From: Takakia lepidozioides
Lineage: Eukaryota > Plantae > Bryophyta
Assembly: GCA_030704615.1 (NCBI GenBank)
Contig: CM060731.1
Location: forward strand, 47,058,001-47,122,000
DNA length: 64,000 nucleotides
Direction of reading: 5' to 3'
Under the pieces are notes generated by a model. The model worked only from the letters and a program-made list of their open reading frames with translations. It was not told the DNA's origin and searched no databases. Shown here in pieces: positions 22,976-35,583 of this stretch; position 1 is the first letter of the stretch, and the number at the start of each line of letters is the position of its first letter. The position numbers and the translations under genes were made by a program.

Positions 22976-25900
22976 ATGGCTTCCTCTGAAGCGGAGTTCT
23001 TCTCAGACGACAAACCAGTGCCGTTTCTCCAGGAAGTCCTTGACAATGGATTTGCAATTGTTCTGGAACATGTCTTGGCTACCCGTTTTCAGCTGCAGAA
23101 TGGCTCCATCTTTTGGAGAAAGAGGTTTACGATTGAAAGGGAAGTTGGTGAAATATTCTTTCCAAAACCGTGATGAGACGGCTCATATCAGCCAGTGGAG
23201 AGTGCGTCCTGGTCGATACAGAGTACTTGGAGAGCCTCGGCGAAAGTCCCTTGGGTCATATGTGACGCCCGGGACTGCTGCTTCGGTCGTTGAAGACAAG
23301 AGGGAGGTGGTGGTGAAAAAAGAACAGACTTCCTCCACTCCAATCGTTGAGCTTTCGGATTCTTCCGATGATGACATAAGTGAAATTCCAAATCCAGTCC
23401 TTCCTACTGTGGTTGCAGAAGCTGATGAAGAAGAGATTTGTAGTGTCATTTGGCGGGGATTGAAAAGCTGGATCAAAAGCGAGTTGCGGGGAATTGATTG
23501 GGAATCTTTAGCAGGTGCCGGTGAAGTTCTTGCCGGAGACTTTTGATGGCGATATCCTATTCGAGCTGCCTCCTCCTCCGCGGTGTTGGAGGTTTGTAAC
23601 AATCATGATGCATGGAATGGACAAGAAACACGACGCGGCACCCGTGGTGCAGACAAAAACATCAATATTCAGAATGATGATAAGCTTGTTTTCAGGAGGA
23701 CAGTTTGCAATGGACACCTTAGGTGTGATAATTGAATTGCAGACACTTTCTTCAGTCTGGAGTTCATAATCAAAGCGAATGGGAGGGTCTGGCGGAGAAT
23801 CCATTTCAGCCTGGGACTGCCCCTCCACCGGCAAACACTTTCGTCTGCAAATTCTGCAAACTTTGTGCCATCCTGCTTGGCGCTCTGCGGAGCAAGAATG
23901 TACTATGTTGTCCACCGTTTGAATACAATGACGAGAGCTTGTGTGCATTTTGGATTCCATAACCATCCTGTCTCGAAGGGGGATTACAGGGAGAGTGTGA
24001 GACAGTATCGAGGTTGATCAAACAGGAGTTCGGGAGAAACCCATCCGCCAACAATCTGCAATTGCTCTTGGCGCAAGCAAGTCCTTCTTGGTGAAAGCCA
24101 TATTTTGAGAGTGAAGGAGATCTGTGGGGACTAAACTTGACGTTGTGCAGCATTGGACCTGGTCAGGATCATTTCTCCACTTTAAGTTCACCTAACATTC
24201 GGCATCAGATCAATGCATGAGAATGGGCTCTGGGATCAGAGGCTAATAGACAATATTTTGGAATTGAAACGACTGAGCAAGTACGATTACATCCAGGACA
24301 ATGTCTTCCCAGGTCAAGGTGCCATCAAGTTTTCTTTTCAAAATGTCGACTGTTGGGGAGGGCAGTGGGGTTAGCATCGTGAAGCGGATGCAGAAGACGG
24401 GGACTTGCAGAACTGTTTTCTTATGTTTGATCATGTGAAACGAGTGAAGGATGGACGACAATGGCTTGTCATGTCTACGATCCAGTGTACCAACGAGTTA
24501 TGACAATTGCAGTTGTGACATGCAATCCGAGGATACGGAATCCCAGAAGCTCATGTGGAATTCCCTGATACGTGTCATGGGCTGCCATGGGCTGCCATCT
24601 CCAAATCGCAGGTTTCATGGCGGATAGTGCTCAAGCAAATTTCAATGCTATTCGTATTGTCTTCGGATCGGGCGACCCAAAAGTGCCTATGCCTGGAAGA
24701 GAGCGTACATGTCTATTCCATTGGACACATCTCTGGAAAAAACATACAAAGTCCGACATCAAACCAGAGATGTAGACTCAGCACCGTAATTGTGCAAAGA
24801 GTACAAAGATGCTAGAACAATGAAGGAGGCGGACACTTTGTTCCAGACAATTCGTGCCTGGTGGTTCTCTTCTGGAGCTGCATCACTTGAGAGTATGAGA
24901 GCATTGGAAGATTGGCTGGCGTTTTGGCACTTCGGTATAGACAGTGGGGAGCAGCCATGACAATGGTACGAGCTTCTATTTCATGCTTTATTCATACATT
25001 TGCTTTCCATATTTTGACTCATTGCTTTCTTTATGTTGTTTCATGTGCACTATTCTGAAGTGTGGTTATCCTCTTTGCAAAACATGTCCATTGAAAAAAT
25101 GGCAGACATGCCATCTTGCAATTTGGCAGAAACTGTGCACAATGCATGGTTGTAGCAGTCTGGGAAAAGAGGTCGGGATTGTATGTGGCAACAACAGATG
25201 ATTTGATACGTGCCTTGCAACAACAAAACCGATACCGTGATTTCTTACGAGGTGGGGTTGGTGGCAAGGGTCCGGACAAATCGGAGTTGATGTTGCGTGC
25301 TGCAAACAGATCTGGGGATCCAATCAAGATAGCACGGGCGGTGAGCATGTATGCCCAAGGAACGCCACTTGTTTCTAGAGTTCCACATCTTGAAGGGGAG
25401 GAGAGATTCGGCTCCTGTAAGAGGAAATTGAACACTCCACCTGGTTCGGATTCAGATTCCCACAGGGCAGACCGTGATAACTTCTCGAAGCCTCGTGTTC
25501 CCCTGCATGACAGCTCCGTGTCCGGAACCTCCATTGTGGAGGAACCTCCAACACGACGGCAAGCTCCAGCATCAAACCGTGCCACTGAAATGGTGCAGGA
25601 GAGAAACAACCCCCTTGATGTGCTTGAGTCCGCATGCCCCGACCACGTTTGGCACATAAAACGCACAAGTGTCGGGTCTCGTGTGAAATGTACAGCGATC
25701 AGGGCAACTAATTTCGAGAATTGCACTTCATCTATATCCAGAGGTGGTGCCCGAACTCCTGCTCCGACTTTCACGGGCTTGATGCGTCCATACGGTCAAC
25801 CAGAAGCCAAGAACCACAAGTTCTGGTTCTGCGCAGATGATTGTGCCAGATGTGTGCATGGAACTGTGCGTCCTTCCGTAGTGATGAAGCCATCTCCTCC

Positions 25901-26465
25901 AACCGTTTGGCCCGTGAAGGTGGGAACACATCTCAGCTTTCAGGAGATTGAAATGCTGGAGGAGGCAGGTTTTTCCCTTGCGAGACAACCCCAACTCCAT
26001 GCATGTGCTACTACTCCTGCGTCCTCCCGGGTCCCCCCGACAAATCCTGACTTGTGGCCAACCAAACGAGATGGAAAGCTCGTTCGGCGTTTCCCTCCAA
26101 CCGCTGAACACTTTGGCAAAGTGGAGTCCGCAAGAATGCTCCAAGCTCGTGTCGGAAGCACCACGGAAGTACCCGATCCAGGATATGGTCGGGTATTCAC
26201 AATCATCACTTCCACATCTGCTGTTCATGACAGGACCTACGACATCACGGTTTCCAATTTCCCCAATTGCACATGTCCTGATTTTGTGAATATGCTATCA
26301 ACCAGTTTGGGCAAGAGAGGTAAATTCATACCCTGCAAACATTTGTATTTCATATTTTTGAGGAGGATGGTTTGCGATCCCAAACGTGACAACTTCATTC
26401 ACCAGGCCACTATGAGTTTCAACGAGGTCGATACTCTTTTGCAGCGGGATACAACACATGGGTAG
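22976..26465 (+). pseudogene. MULE-type DDE transposase with C-terminal SWIM zinc finger (frameshifted in this copy)
   Basis: Reading across frameshifts: LMFDHVKRV (D at 24429), GFMADSAQANFNAIRIVF (D at 24623), RTCLFHW (CxxH at 24710-24721), CNLAETVHNAW (E at 25129), and SWIM YDITVSNFPNCTCPDF...PCKHL (~26240-26345). Upstream Cys-rich region ~23720-23900. In-frame TAG at 25153. Confidence 0.85.
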
Positions 26466-26914
26466 CATGAACTATGTAATGTGGTATGTGGATGACCATG
26501 ATTTGAAATGTGTAATTCACATCAATTCGTCGGCTGTGCAATGATATGGCCTCCAACTATACGGAGTGAGGTCTGAGTGACAACTTTTAGGTAGTGCACA
26601 TTTGTCATTGCACCGTTCGAAGTCTACATGTCTTGCTGTCGCTATGCACTACAATCATCTTTTGAAGATGATCATAACTCTCATTGTTATTTGAGGAGGG
26701 AGGAAGTCTTCTCGTGGCAGCCTTTATGGCGCACACTTGTGAGGATATTTTGTCGTCTTCGTAATTGTAAAAGTGAAACAAACATTTGTAATTGCACAAT
26801 GTTGGATGCTGCAATTGTAGGCCTCAACGCTCGTCTTGATTCTATTTAGGCAAGATTCCTTGCATTAATTCCACGGTCATAGGACCATCCACGGTTATAG
26901 GCGGCGCATGTTAA

Positions 26915-27114
26915 TGCTGACGTGGCAGTTGACGGACAGTGCCACGTCATCATTTTCCGCCACATCAGCATGCTGACATGACGCTCACGCCACGTCAGCA
27001 TGTGTGCAGGCTCACGCCACGTCAGCTGGCGTGAGCGTACGCTCACGCCACGTCACTCCTGTGTGAGCGTACGCTCGCGCGCTCACGTGCAACGCTCACG
27101 CCATTGCGTCGTTG
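26915..27114 (+). repeat. Right subterminal repeats and right TIR of the MULE
   Basis: GCTCACGCCACGTCA at 26983, 27010 and 27041 (also 15843 at the left end); the terminal ~45 bp are inverted relative to the left end. Confidence 0.85.
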
Positions 27115-29830
27115 TGAATGAAGGCCCGGTAGTGGCAGCACACATGGTTATGCCATGTTTTGTACCAGAAGTAAGTACAATGATAGTTACCAGAAGCAAG
27201 GCCAAACTATTACCTCCAGTGGATGAGGAGGAAGATGTGAATGAAGATGGTAGTGATGTGCCTGAAGATCATGAGGCATGGAGAGATGAGAAGGAATTGC
27301 ACAAAGAAGTGGCAAAAGCTATAAGGGAAATGCAGAAGGAGACAGATATCCCTATAGCAGAGTCAACGGACTCAGAAGAAGAAAATGAAGAAGATGAAGA
27401 TGAAGTGAAGCAAGAAGCTTCACAGGTGCAGGATAATGAAGGGACATTGGCTGAAGTGATATGTCAGTCCAAAGCTGAGATTACAATTGGGCAGCTATTG
27501 GCTGTGGCACCCCATTGTAGACATAAGCTGTATCAAGCAATCAATCAGATTGCTCATGTGACAGAGAACACAGACCTGAAAAACAAGGTGGCAAGCTATA
27601 ATGTAAAGCCTGAAGGGCAAGAAACTGTCATGGACTTTGATGATTCCATGCCAGTAATCCAATTGAGAATTGGAAGCACATACCTGACGGATGTACTGAT
27701 AGATGGAGGCTCACGATTGAATATCATGACAGACCAATTGAGGCAGAAGCTTGGTCTGAGTAACATGAAACCAGCCCCATTCACAGTGACAATGGCAGAT
27801 CAAAGAAGTGTACAACCATTGGGCTTGATAAGAGGAGTAAAAATACAGATTCAGAAGTTGGTCTTTAAGATCACCATGACTGTATTAAAAATGGATGATG
27901 TCATGGAAGCTTATTCCTTACTATTATGACGACCATGGCTGAAACAGACCAAGGTATTCCATGAGTGGAATACTCAGATTCTGAGTGTGCGCAAGGATAA
28001 GCACAAAATACAGATTTCAACTAAGAAATCAGGTAGACTACCTGCTACCAGAAGGCCTCGTAGAGTCAGGGAATATGATTGGAGGGGAGGACTTGATGAG
28101 GAGCAGGATGCTACTCTGTTTGCTGCACACCCAGAGTGGGAGCAGGTTGCAGAAATGCAACTAGAAGGACTAAGTTGTTTCAAAGGTATATGTTGTTGTG
28201 CAGTAACAACAACACCAATTGAGGGGGAAACAAACAGTTACCCACCACATTTCTATATGAAGAAAGAGAGGGAGAAATAGAAATCCTAAAAGAACCAACC
28301 ACTGTTAGTCTACATGATGAAGTAGTGGCTGGATGGACAATCACAGCTGAAGAGTAGGTAAGAGAAGTGAACGTGACGCCACCAAAGTGCTTTCTCCGGC
28401 CTCTTGGTTGGAACAAAGTGGATAAAGGGTCGGACCCAGACTCAAATGGAAGCGGAAGGCTTAAGGAAAAAAAACATATAAATTAAAAAAAAAATTAGAA
28501 AAAAAAACAAGATGGCTGATTATACTGCATGAGTTTGAATTCGAAGTTGTTTACAAACCGGAACATTTGCATCTTGTGGCAAATCACTTGTCACGCCTTT
28601 CAACAGGAGAACCCGCCACGGGAGTAGATGATCAGCTGCCTGATGTAAGTTTATTTGCAGTAGAAGTGGGAGCAGATGACTAGTTAGATTGGCAGTGACC
28701 AATCAGATATTACCTAATTCATGGACAGTGCCCATCTAGTTATGGGAAAGAACAAAGGAAGAGGATAGCCATTAAAGCCCTACCATATACTATGATAGGA
28801 GGAAAATTGTACAAGCTGGGACCAGATGGAGTCCTAAAGAGATGCTTATACCATCATGAAGTTAATAAAGTCTTGGAAGAAATTCACAAAGGGATAGCTG
28901 GAGGATATTATGGAGAAGAGACTACCAGCAGGAAAATACTATTTGCAGGATACTAGTGGCATACCTTATTCAAAGATGTACATAATTATTGTAAGAGTTG
29001 TGATGAATATCAAAGGCTAGGACCTTTGCAGAGATTTGGAAAAATGGCACTCCATCCTACAATGCCTACTCAACCATTCTAGAAATGGGGATTAGACTTT
29101 GTTGGGCCAATTAATCCACCAGCTAGGAACACCCAAAACAAGTATATAATCACAGCCACGGATTATACTACTAAGTGGGTAGAAGCCAAGGCACTGCGAG
29201 ATAACACAACGAAATCTACAGCTAGATTTCTTTATGAGAACATAATCACGAGATTTGGCTGTCCCTTGGAATTTATCAGTGATCAGGGGAGTCATTTCAT
29301 TAATGAGACCATTGAACTGTTGACTCAGGAGTTCATGATTGTGCACAAGAAGAGTACAACCTCTTACCCACAAGGCAATGGGTAGGCAGAGACCACCAAC
29401 AAGATACTATGCACTATCTTTGCTAAGATAGTCAATGCCAACAGAACTGATTGGGATACAAAGCTGTAAATAGCTTTGTGGTCATATAGGACTTAATACA
29501 AGGTCACCACCAAGTATACACCATTCCAATTAGTCTATGGCATGGAAGCTCTACTTCCAGTGGAGTTCTTACTACCTACCATGAGAATTGAATGGGGAAG
29601 GAGAATGGAATTGGAGGATTCAATTAAAGTAAGGAAACATGAACTATATCATGTGGAAGAAGTACGTGCTGATGCATCAGATAACATGGCCAGAATTCAG
29701 ATAAAAAGAAAGGATCGGTTTGATGAAGGCAAACTAAAAACTTTTAAGACATGAGATTTGGTACTGTGGTTGCAGAAGAAGGGAAATATTAAAGCCTCTA
29801 AGCTGAAATCACCATGAAAGAGACCTTCTA
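27115..29830 (+). mobile_element. Ty3/gypsy element continued: gag C-terminus, aspartic protease, RT/RNaseH largely deleted, integrase (degenerate)
   Basis: VLIDGGSRLNIM protease; RWLIILHEFEFEVVYKPG (RNaseH end, ~28510); integrase WGLDFVGPINP, FISDQGSHF and YPQGNG. Many stops. Confidence 0.9.
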
Positions 29831-30371
29831 TAATATTTGTTTCTCCATACATAGGGCCCACCCCTGAAAAAGGGCAGTAGCCGCAAGGCAAAGACTCTTA
29901 GTTACACCAGCTTCAGATAGAGTCTTCTCCCTCTTTCTTTCTCCATTTTTATTTTTTATTTTTTTTACCCTACTTCACACACCAAGTTCTAGCGAGTGCG
30001 AATCTTCCATATTTGTTTGTCCATTTGTACCTTAAACCCAAAACCCTTACCCTTCCCTTTACCCTAAACCATTACCCTTACCATACAGCAAAAACCTTAG
30101 TGTACTACCCTAGTTACACTCCAAACCTTATTGTACTACCATGTTACCTCTTTTCAATGTTTCATGTCATTTTAATTTTTTTTTTTGTTGGATAAGGTGC
30201 GATAAAATAATTACAGGGATATCAAATTCCCTTTACATTTATGAATTCTAGCAAGTGTGAGTCTTCCATATTGGTTTGTTCCTTTCAGCCTTAAATCCAA
30301 ACCCTAAATCCTTACCCTTAACTTCAAGTTGAAATCTTTTGATGATTTCACAAACCTTGCTGCAACGAGCC

Positions 30372-31581
30372 GAATGACTCTTGGAGATGGAAATGAGGTT
30401 CAAGATCCAGTGAAGACCAGGGAAATTGCAGCTCCGTGGAGGCTATGTACAGTAACGCAGGTGGAGGAAGTGAAACAATTGATTCGCTTGCTGCCCATTT
30501 GGCTGACAAGCACCGCCATGGGTCTATCGCAAGCTCAGATATCTACATTTTTCACAAAGCAGGGCCGCACAATGGATACCCACATGGGGCCCCACTTCCA
30601 GATTCATCCTGCTTCCATGCAGGTGTTTTCCACGCTTACATATTTCGTTTTCATTCCCTTGTATGACCGTCTTTTTGTCCCCTATCTCCGGCATTTCACA
30701 GGAAACGTGCGAGGGATTTCCATGCTGAGACGCATGGGCTTTGGTTTACTGCTTTTAGTTTTGTGGAGCGTTGTTGCAGCCTTGACTGAAATCAAGCGAC
30801 TTCATGTGAGTTTCTTTTGAACGTACTCAAGTGCCAGGTTTTGTGTTACAGTTACTTATCATGTGAACGCAAACACTATTACGTTCTGAGGCTAGCTGCT
30901 AGTAGTACACATTGTGCAGAAACTTACAGCTGGTGTGATATTCGAAAAGAACTTAAGAGTTGCTTATTGAGACTACATCGAATCTATTTCCATAGACAAC
31001 ATTACTAGTGCACATTGTGTCAATTGGACATCCCTTTTGGAGGAATGCTTTCTAGAGCATCAGCTGACAAGATAGCGATGATTTTGTTCATGCAGGTTGT
31101 GAAAGAGCATGGCCTTCTTGATCAGCCCCACAAGGTGGTTCCCCTCAGCATCTTCTGGCTGCTTCCACAATACGTATTGTTCGGGATTGTGGAACTTTTC
31201 ACCGCTATTGCACAGCTAGAGTTCTTCTACGACCAAGCTCCCTACAGCATGCGAAGCCTGGGCACAGCCCTCTACCTAACCGCTCTGGGGATTGGAAGTT
31301 TTTGGAGTACAGCATTACTCAAAGTTGTTCAGAATACCACTGGGCGGACTGGTCATCAGAGTTGGATTGTCAATAATATCAACAGATGTCGACTGGACCG
31401 CTTGTACTGGTTGACTGCTGTGATAATGGCCTTGGACTTCTGCGCCTTCTTAATGTTTGCCCACTGGTATACATACAAGGTGGAAAGCCCCATGGATGCA
31501 ATCTCTGGTCTTGTGGAGGAAGATGTTGAAATCAAAGATCAATCCAAGTCCGAGCAGCCTGTAATGGATGCTCCAATATGA
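30372..31581 (+). pseudogene. NPF: 3' half of an NRT1/PTR (NPF) family transporter, 2 exons (intron 30806-31095); 5' half not found
   Basis: PWRLCTVTQVEEVKQLIRLLPIW, FTKQGRTMD, LYDRLFVP, FWLLPQY and LEFFYDQAPYSMRSLG. Upstream sequence is retroelement-derived. Confidence 0.85.
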
Positions 31582-32687
31582 CCTTGGAACTTCTCATCCC
31601 TCAACACACTTACAAAGATTACCCATCAGTACAGCCCTATCTCTTTTGGGCTGTAATTGAGCTTGTATATTATTAGTCTTGAGCAAGCTGCTTGGAGGCT
31701 CATGGCTTCAAAGAAATGGGATACTTTGTCCTGATGTAAACCTTAGAAGGAAAAAAAGAACACAGACATGTCAAACAGTACCTGAAGGGGATTTTAACCA
31801 TCAGTCCCTCAGAATGGAGAGAGGGTGTGTGGCGTTGCAGGTTGAATGTTGCAGGGTAGAGAGAGATGTCACACTAGAGTGGTGCAGGTAGTTGGGTAGG
31901 TGTTACATAACACAATCTCAGGAAGTGAGGAAGTAGAGGGCTGAATTTCAATCACAAAATTACCATGGAATAGCCTTGGTAGGAGCTCTTCAAAGATACG
32001 TCACAATGGACAGTAGCATTGACAAGGTAGCTTTCTTCATGCAGGATGAGAATAGAAATTTGGATTCGAAAGCTCATAAGAGAGATGGACACTGTTGGGT
32101 CTTGTAGAAATGGTCCACCTCGGCTGCTATGGTTCTAATTTGGCCACTTTATTTCCACCAACACATGACCCAATGGTTAGCCCAACTATAGGTGGACTAC
32201 CCCATAATTTCGCCTGTGCATATCTACCCACTACTCATTAAGTGGCAAGGTGGTGATTACAATGTGTGGTCTAACCAACCACGATGAATGTGTCTAGAAG
32301 AAGAATCAGGCAACAACCAACTAGGGTCACACTCTATGCGGACGAATGGGTATAAGAAGCTTCGCTGGTGCGTGCTTGAGAGGAGGATCTAGTCTTCAAA
32401 ACTTCATCGAGCCAAGAATCTTTCATGTCCTCTGGCCATTGGTACTTCTGCAGTTTCACATACAAACAATACCCTTGTCACCTGAGGAGATCTTGTCTTC
32501 ACAGAATCAACAACTTCCTCTGAAACACTTAAAACTAGTTGAGGATGTGCATAATTGACTATCCACAGATTCAAAAATTATTGTTATGCACATGAAATAT
32601 GGTACTATTTCATCATATAATCTTACATTTAACCTAGGACTTCACAATTGTCCTTGGGAAATTTGAAAACTAGAGCCAGCTTGACCC

Positions 32688-35583
32688 TCATACCTTTAGA
32701 TGCTTACACAATGTCAGAACGAAGTGGTTGTCGGTTGTGGCAGATGCTGAGAGAATGAGACGCTCAAACCTTCCCTCTGCAGAAGGAACCACACGTGCTC
32801 GGATGGGGCGATGAACTTGGTGTCCAGGTTCCTTATACACAAAATGGTAAATTTTGCCAGGTGGATACAAGCGGCGAGGGTAATCAGCATTCTTTTTTTG
32901 AAAGGTCTGCCGCACCCAATTGAGAAACACCACCACCCCTGTGCTGCCAATCCATAAAACCCACCCTGACACACATTAAGAATTGGAGGGGAGTTGGAAT
33001 AATCAACTAGAAACACTTGGTGATATGAGAGGGGGGAACAAGGGCTTATTCAGCATAAGCCCTAACAATACAAAGCATAAAATCCCAACATTAACAGAAA
33101 ATGATTACATCGCAATTGCGCGGCGTGTCTCTGCATGAGATTTTGTCTAGTAGAGGTACTAGTATGTTCTCATTGCTGCTACTGGCATATTCAGATATCT
33201 CCATAATAAAACCACTGTAGCGTAGTGGGGTATCAGGTTGGTGGCAAACGCCCATTCTCTATACTCCCCATCGGACACTCCATACCCTTACCTGCTTCTA
33301 CTGGAACACAGAACCTCACAGATAACAAGGCAAGGACAATTAACTGCCCCAAAACTGTTTATACCACATCAGTGCCAACTCTTGGCAAAGCCCAATTGAT
33401 TCCTTTTAAGGGTGACAAATAGACACGTGGTTCAACATGCACGATTCTTGCTCACTGCTGGCAATGTCATTAAATGTGTTTGGCCTATATGGGACATCAG
33501 ACAAACAAAACAGGGGACCCAACTGACGGCATCTACTAAGTTTGGTGAAAGACTCTTACAAAGCAAACGTCAAGATGAACAATCTTTTCACAGATGATGT
33601 TGAAACCCTCGGAAGAAAGTCATCCTGCCACTCCATGGACAAGCCACACCCATGCTGATAAAGACACACACAAAGTGAACTCCTGACATTTACCTATTTA
33701 CCTAGTACTTTCAAAACTCAAGATAGAAGATCCTGCCATAGTCTCATTGTCGAAACAATGCTGGAATTTTCTCTGTCTTTCATCTTTGTGTAGATCAGGA
33801 CCGACCTTCTCTTACCTGGTATATCACACTGTAAATGTTGGATGAGTACTTAATTGCAAGATCAAGCGATAAGACTCGGGGAGGGGCAAAACAGTAGGCG
33901 TGAATGAGATTCGTATCAATTCCCCCCACTACATCGGGGTTCTTGACGATCAAAGCTGTCAGTATCGCAGCTACTCCGGCCCCCAGTGAGTGGCCCACAA
34001 TGTTCAGGCGGTATCTGCATATACATGCCAACACTTGATAAACCACTTTCTCATGTTAATCAATCAATCAGTCAAAAGCTCTATTCACGAGAGAGGCCTT
34101 GTCAGTATCCCTTCTAGTAAGTAACCTTAGTAATTCAAGGCTTCCGATGTAAACATTGCAGGAATTCTTAATCAGATGGGTTACTACAGGTTAGGCGTCT
34201 TTGCAAACTCACAACACAACTCTTCAACCACTTGTACTAAAGAATCGTGTCAGGACACTTTCACAAACCCATGCGCAAATCAACATTCTGACACTAGGAG
34301 CTAAAATCACTGCAGGAAGAAAAAACTGGCACCTACCCTCCACTTGCAAGAAGGTGCTCCTTGAGCAGAGGGGCAACATGCTCAATGCTCCACTCGGCAG
34401 GTTTGTACATGCCATGATGGACATAGCCCCTGTCAAATGGCTGCAACCACAGCCACCGATTCATTGAGCCTAAGTTGATTTGAGCAAAAACTTGGCAAAA
34501 CATCACAATCAGATGCATTTTTCTGGCCTCTTCCAGCTGCAATCTATAACAAAGAAGAATAGCCTAATGGTTGATATGATCCTACCTGCTCACCCTTGCG
34601 ATTGTTCATGAGTGCTATATAGTCCTGGCGGTGCAATAGGTTGAGGCCTCGAATGTACATTGTCACCTCCTTCAGCTTATGATCCAGATAAATGAAGTAG
34701 GGGGGGCATGCACCGGTCTGCTTTGGATGCTCAAATGCAACAACGCCCTCTGTACTAAAACTTGGATAGTGCTCCTGTATCGCTTCTCTCAAACCATTTA
34801 TGTCCTTTCCATATGATCCCAATACCTGTATTGCACTGACATTTGTCAATTGGCCAGTCTGACTACACAACACAGGATGCAGTGGTACAAAATCCGTGAA
34901 AGCATTTGTCCAAAAGGCCCACAACGCAAATTTGTAAATTGGCAGAGTGCTATTTCGCCTCAATTGCCATTGCGTAGCACTATATATATCTGAGGGCTGT
35001 GCCTAGTATGCGGTCATGAGTGCAATCTGTAATCCAACCCTCTCCTGCCTTATTGGCGAGCCATCAATTCGAAATGCAGGTTCGGTATATCTTCTATAGC
35101 CAGTACAGACGTTTTCTCTCTCATGGGATCATGAAGTCCAACCGATAGCATTGTTCTATACTTGTCATAGTGCTCCACAACCACTTTTTTTTTAAGTTCT
35201 ATACCAGGCCCCTAAACAAGTACAGTGCTAATTGAAAGGGACAGTCCGGAGGCAGGCACCATAATGCTGTGGTAAAAGATCTCCTTCACTTCTACGGCGG
35301 ATGCCGTTGGGAAGCCCTGTGAGTCCAGTGAGCCTTTCCAAAATACACGACTCATACACAGCTTTCCCTGCTGGTCCCCTATCAAATCTTCATCCCCTCT
35401 CTCCTCCCAACTCCTTTTAGAATCTTCCTCCTTCTTCATTTTCTTAACACTCTTCTTCTTCTCCGTCTTCTTGCTTGTTCCAGTTCCAACATCTCCACCC
35501 TCCTTGTAGTCACTGCTCTCTGCTCTGCTTGCATTCTCCGTCGCTGCGCCATTTCCGTTTAATTTCTGATCTGCAGCCTCCAT
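32688..35583 (-). CDS. Class-3 (mono/diacylglycerol) lipase family protein, multi-exon
   Basis: Exons encode PPYFIYLDH...YIRGLNL (34830-34585), FDRGYVHHGMYKPA, IVGHSLGAGVAA...YCFAPPR (GxSxG, 34015-33818), DDFLPR (33626-33560) and RRLYPPGKIYH...GRFERLILS. Confidence 0.88.

Larger units (their letters stand above)
15792..27114. mobile_element. Mutator-like (MULE) DNA transposon, 11,323 bp, with two divergent genes
   Basis: 9-bp TSD TGAGTGAAG (15783-15791) / TGAATGAAG (27115-27123); imperfect ~45-bp TIRs. Removing the element and one TSD restores the gag frame (...HEVRIPVSE|GPVVAAHMV...). Encodes a DDE+SWIM transposase. Confidence 0.9.

Noticed and set aside
25031-25774. 247-aa minus-strand ORF and similar long antisense ORFs (23183-23602, 25728-26228)
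   Set aside because: These are shadows of the transposase frame with no recognisable motifs.
30035-30325. Interstitial telomere (AAACCCT-like), also ~5070-5100 and ~56826-56845
   Set aside because: Only 1-3 degenerate units each; common in plant repeats and promoters.
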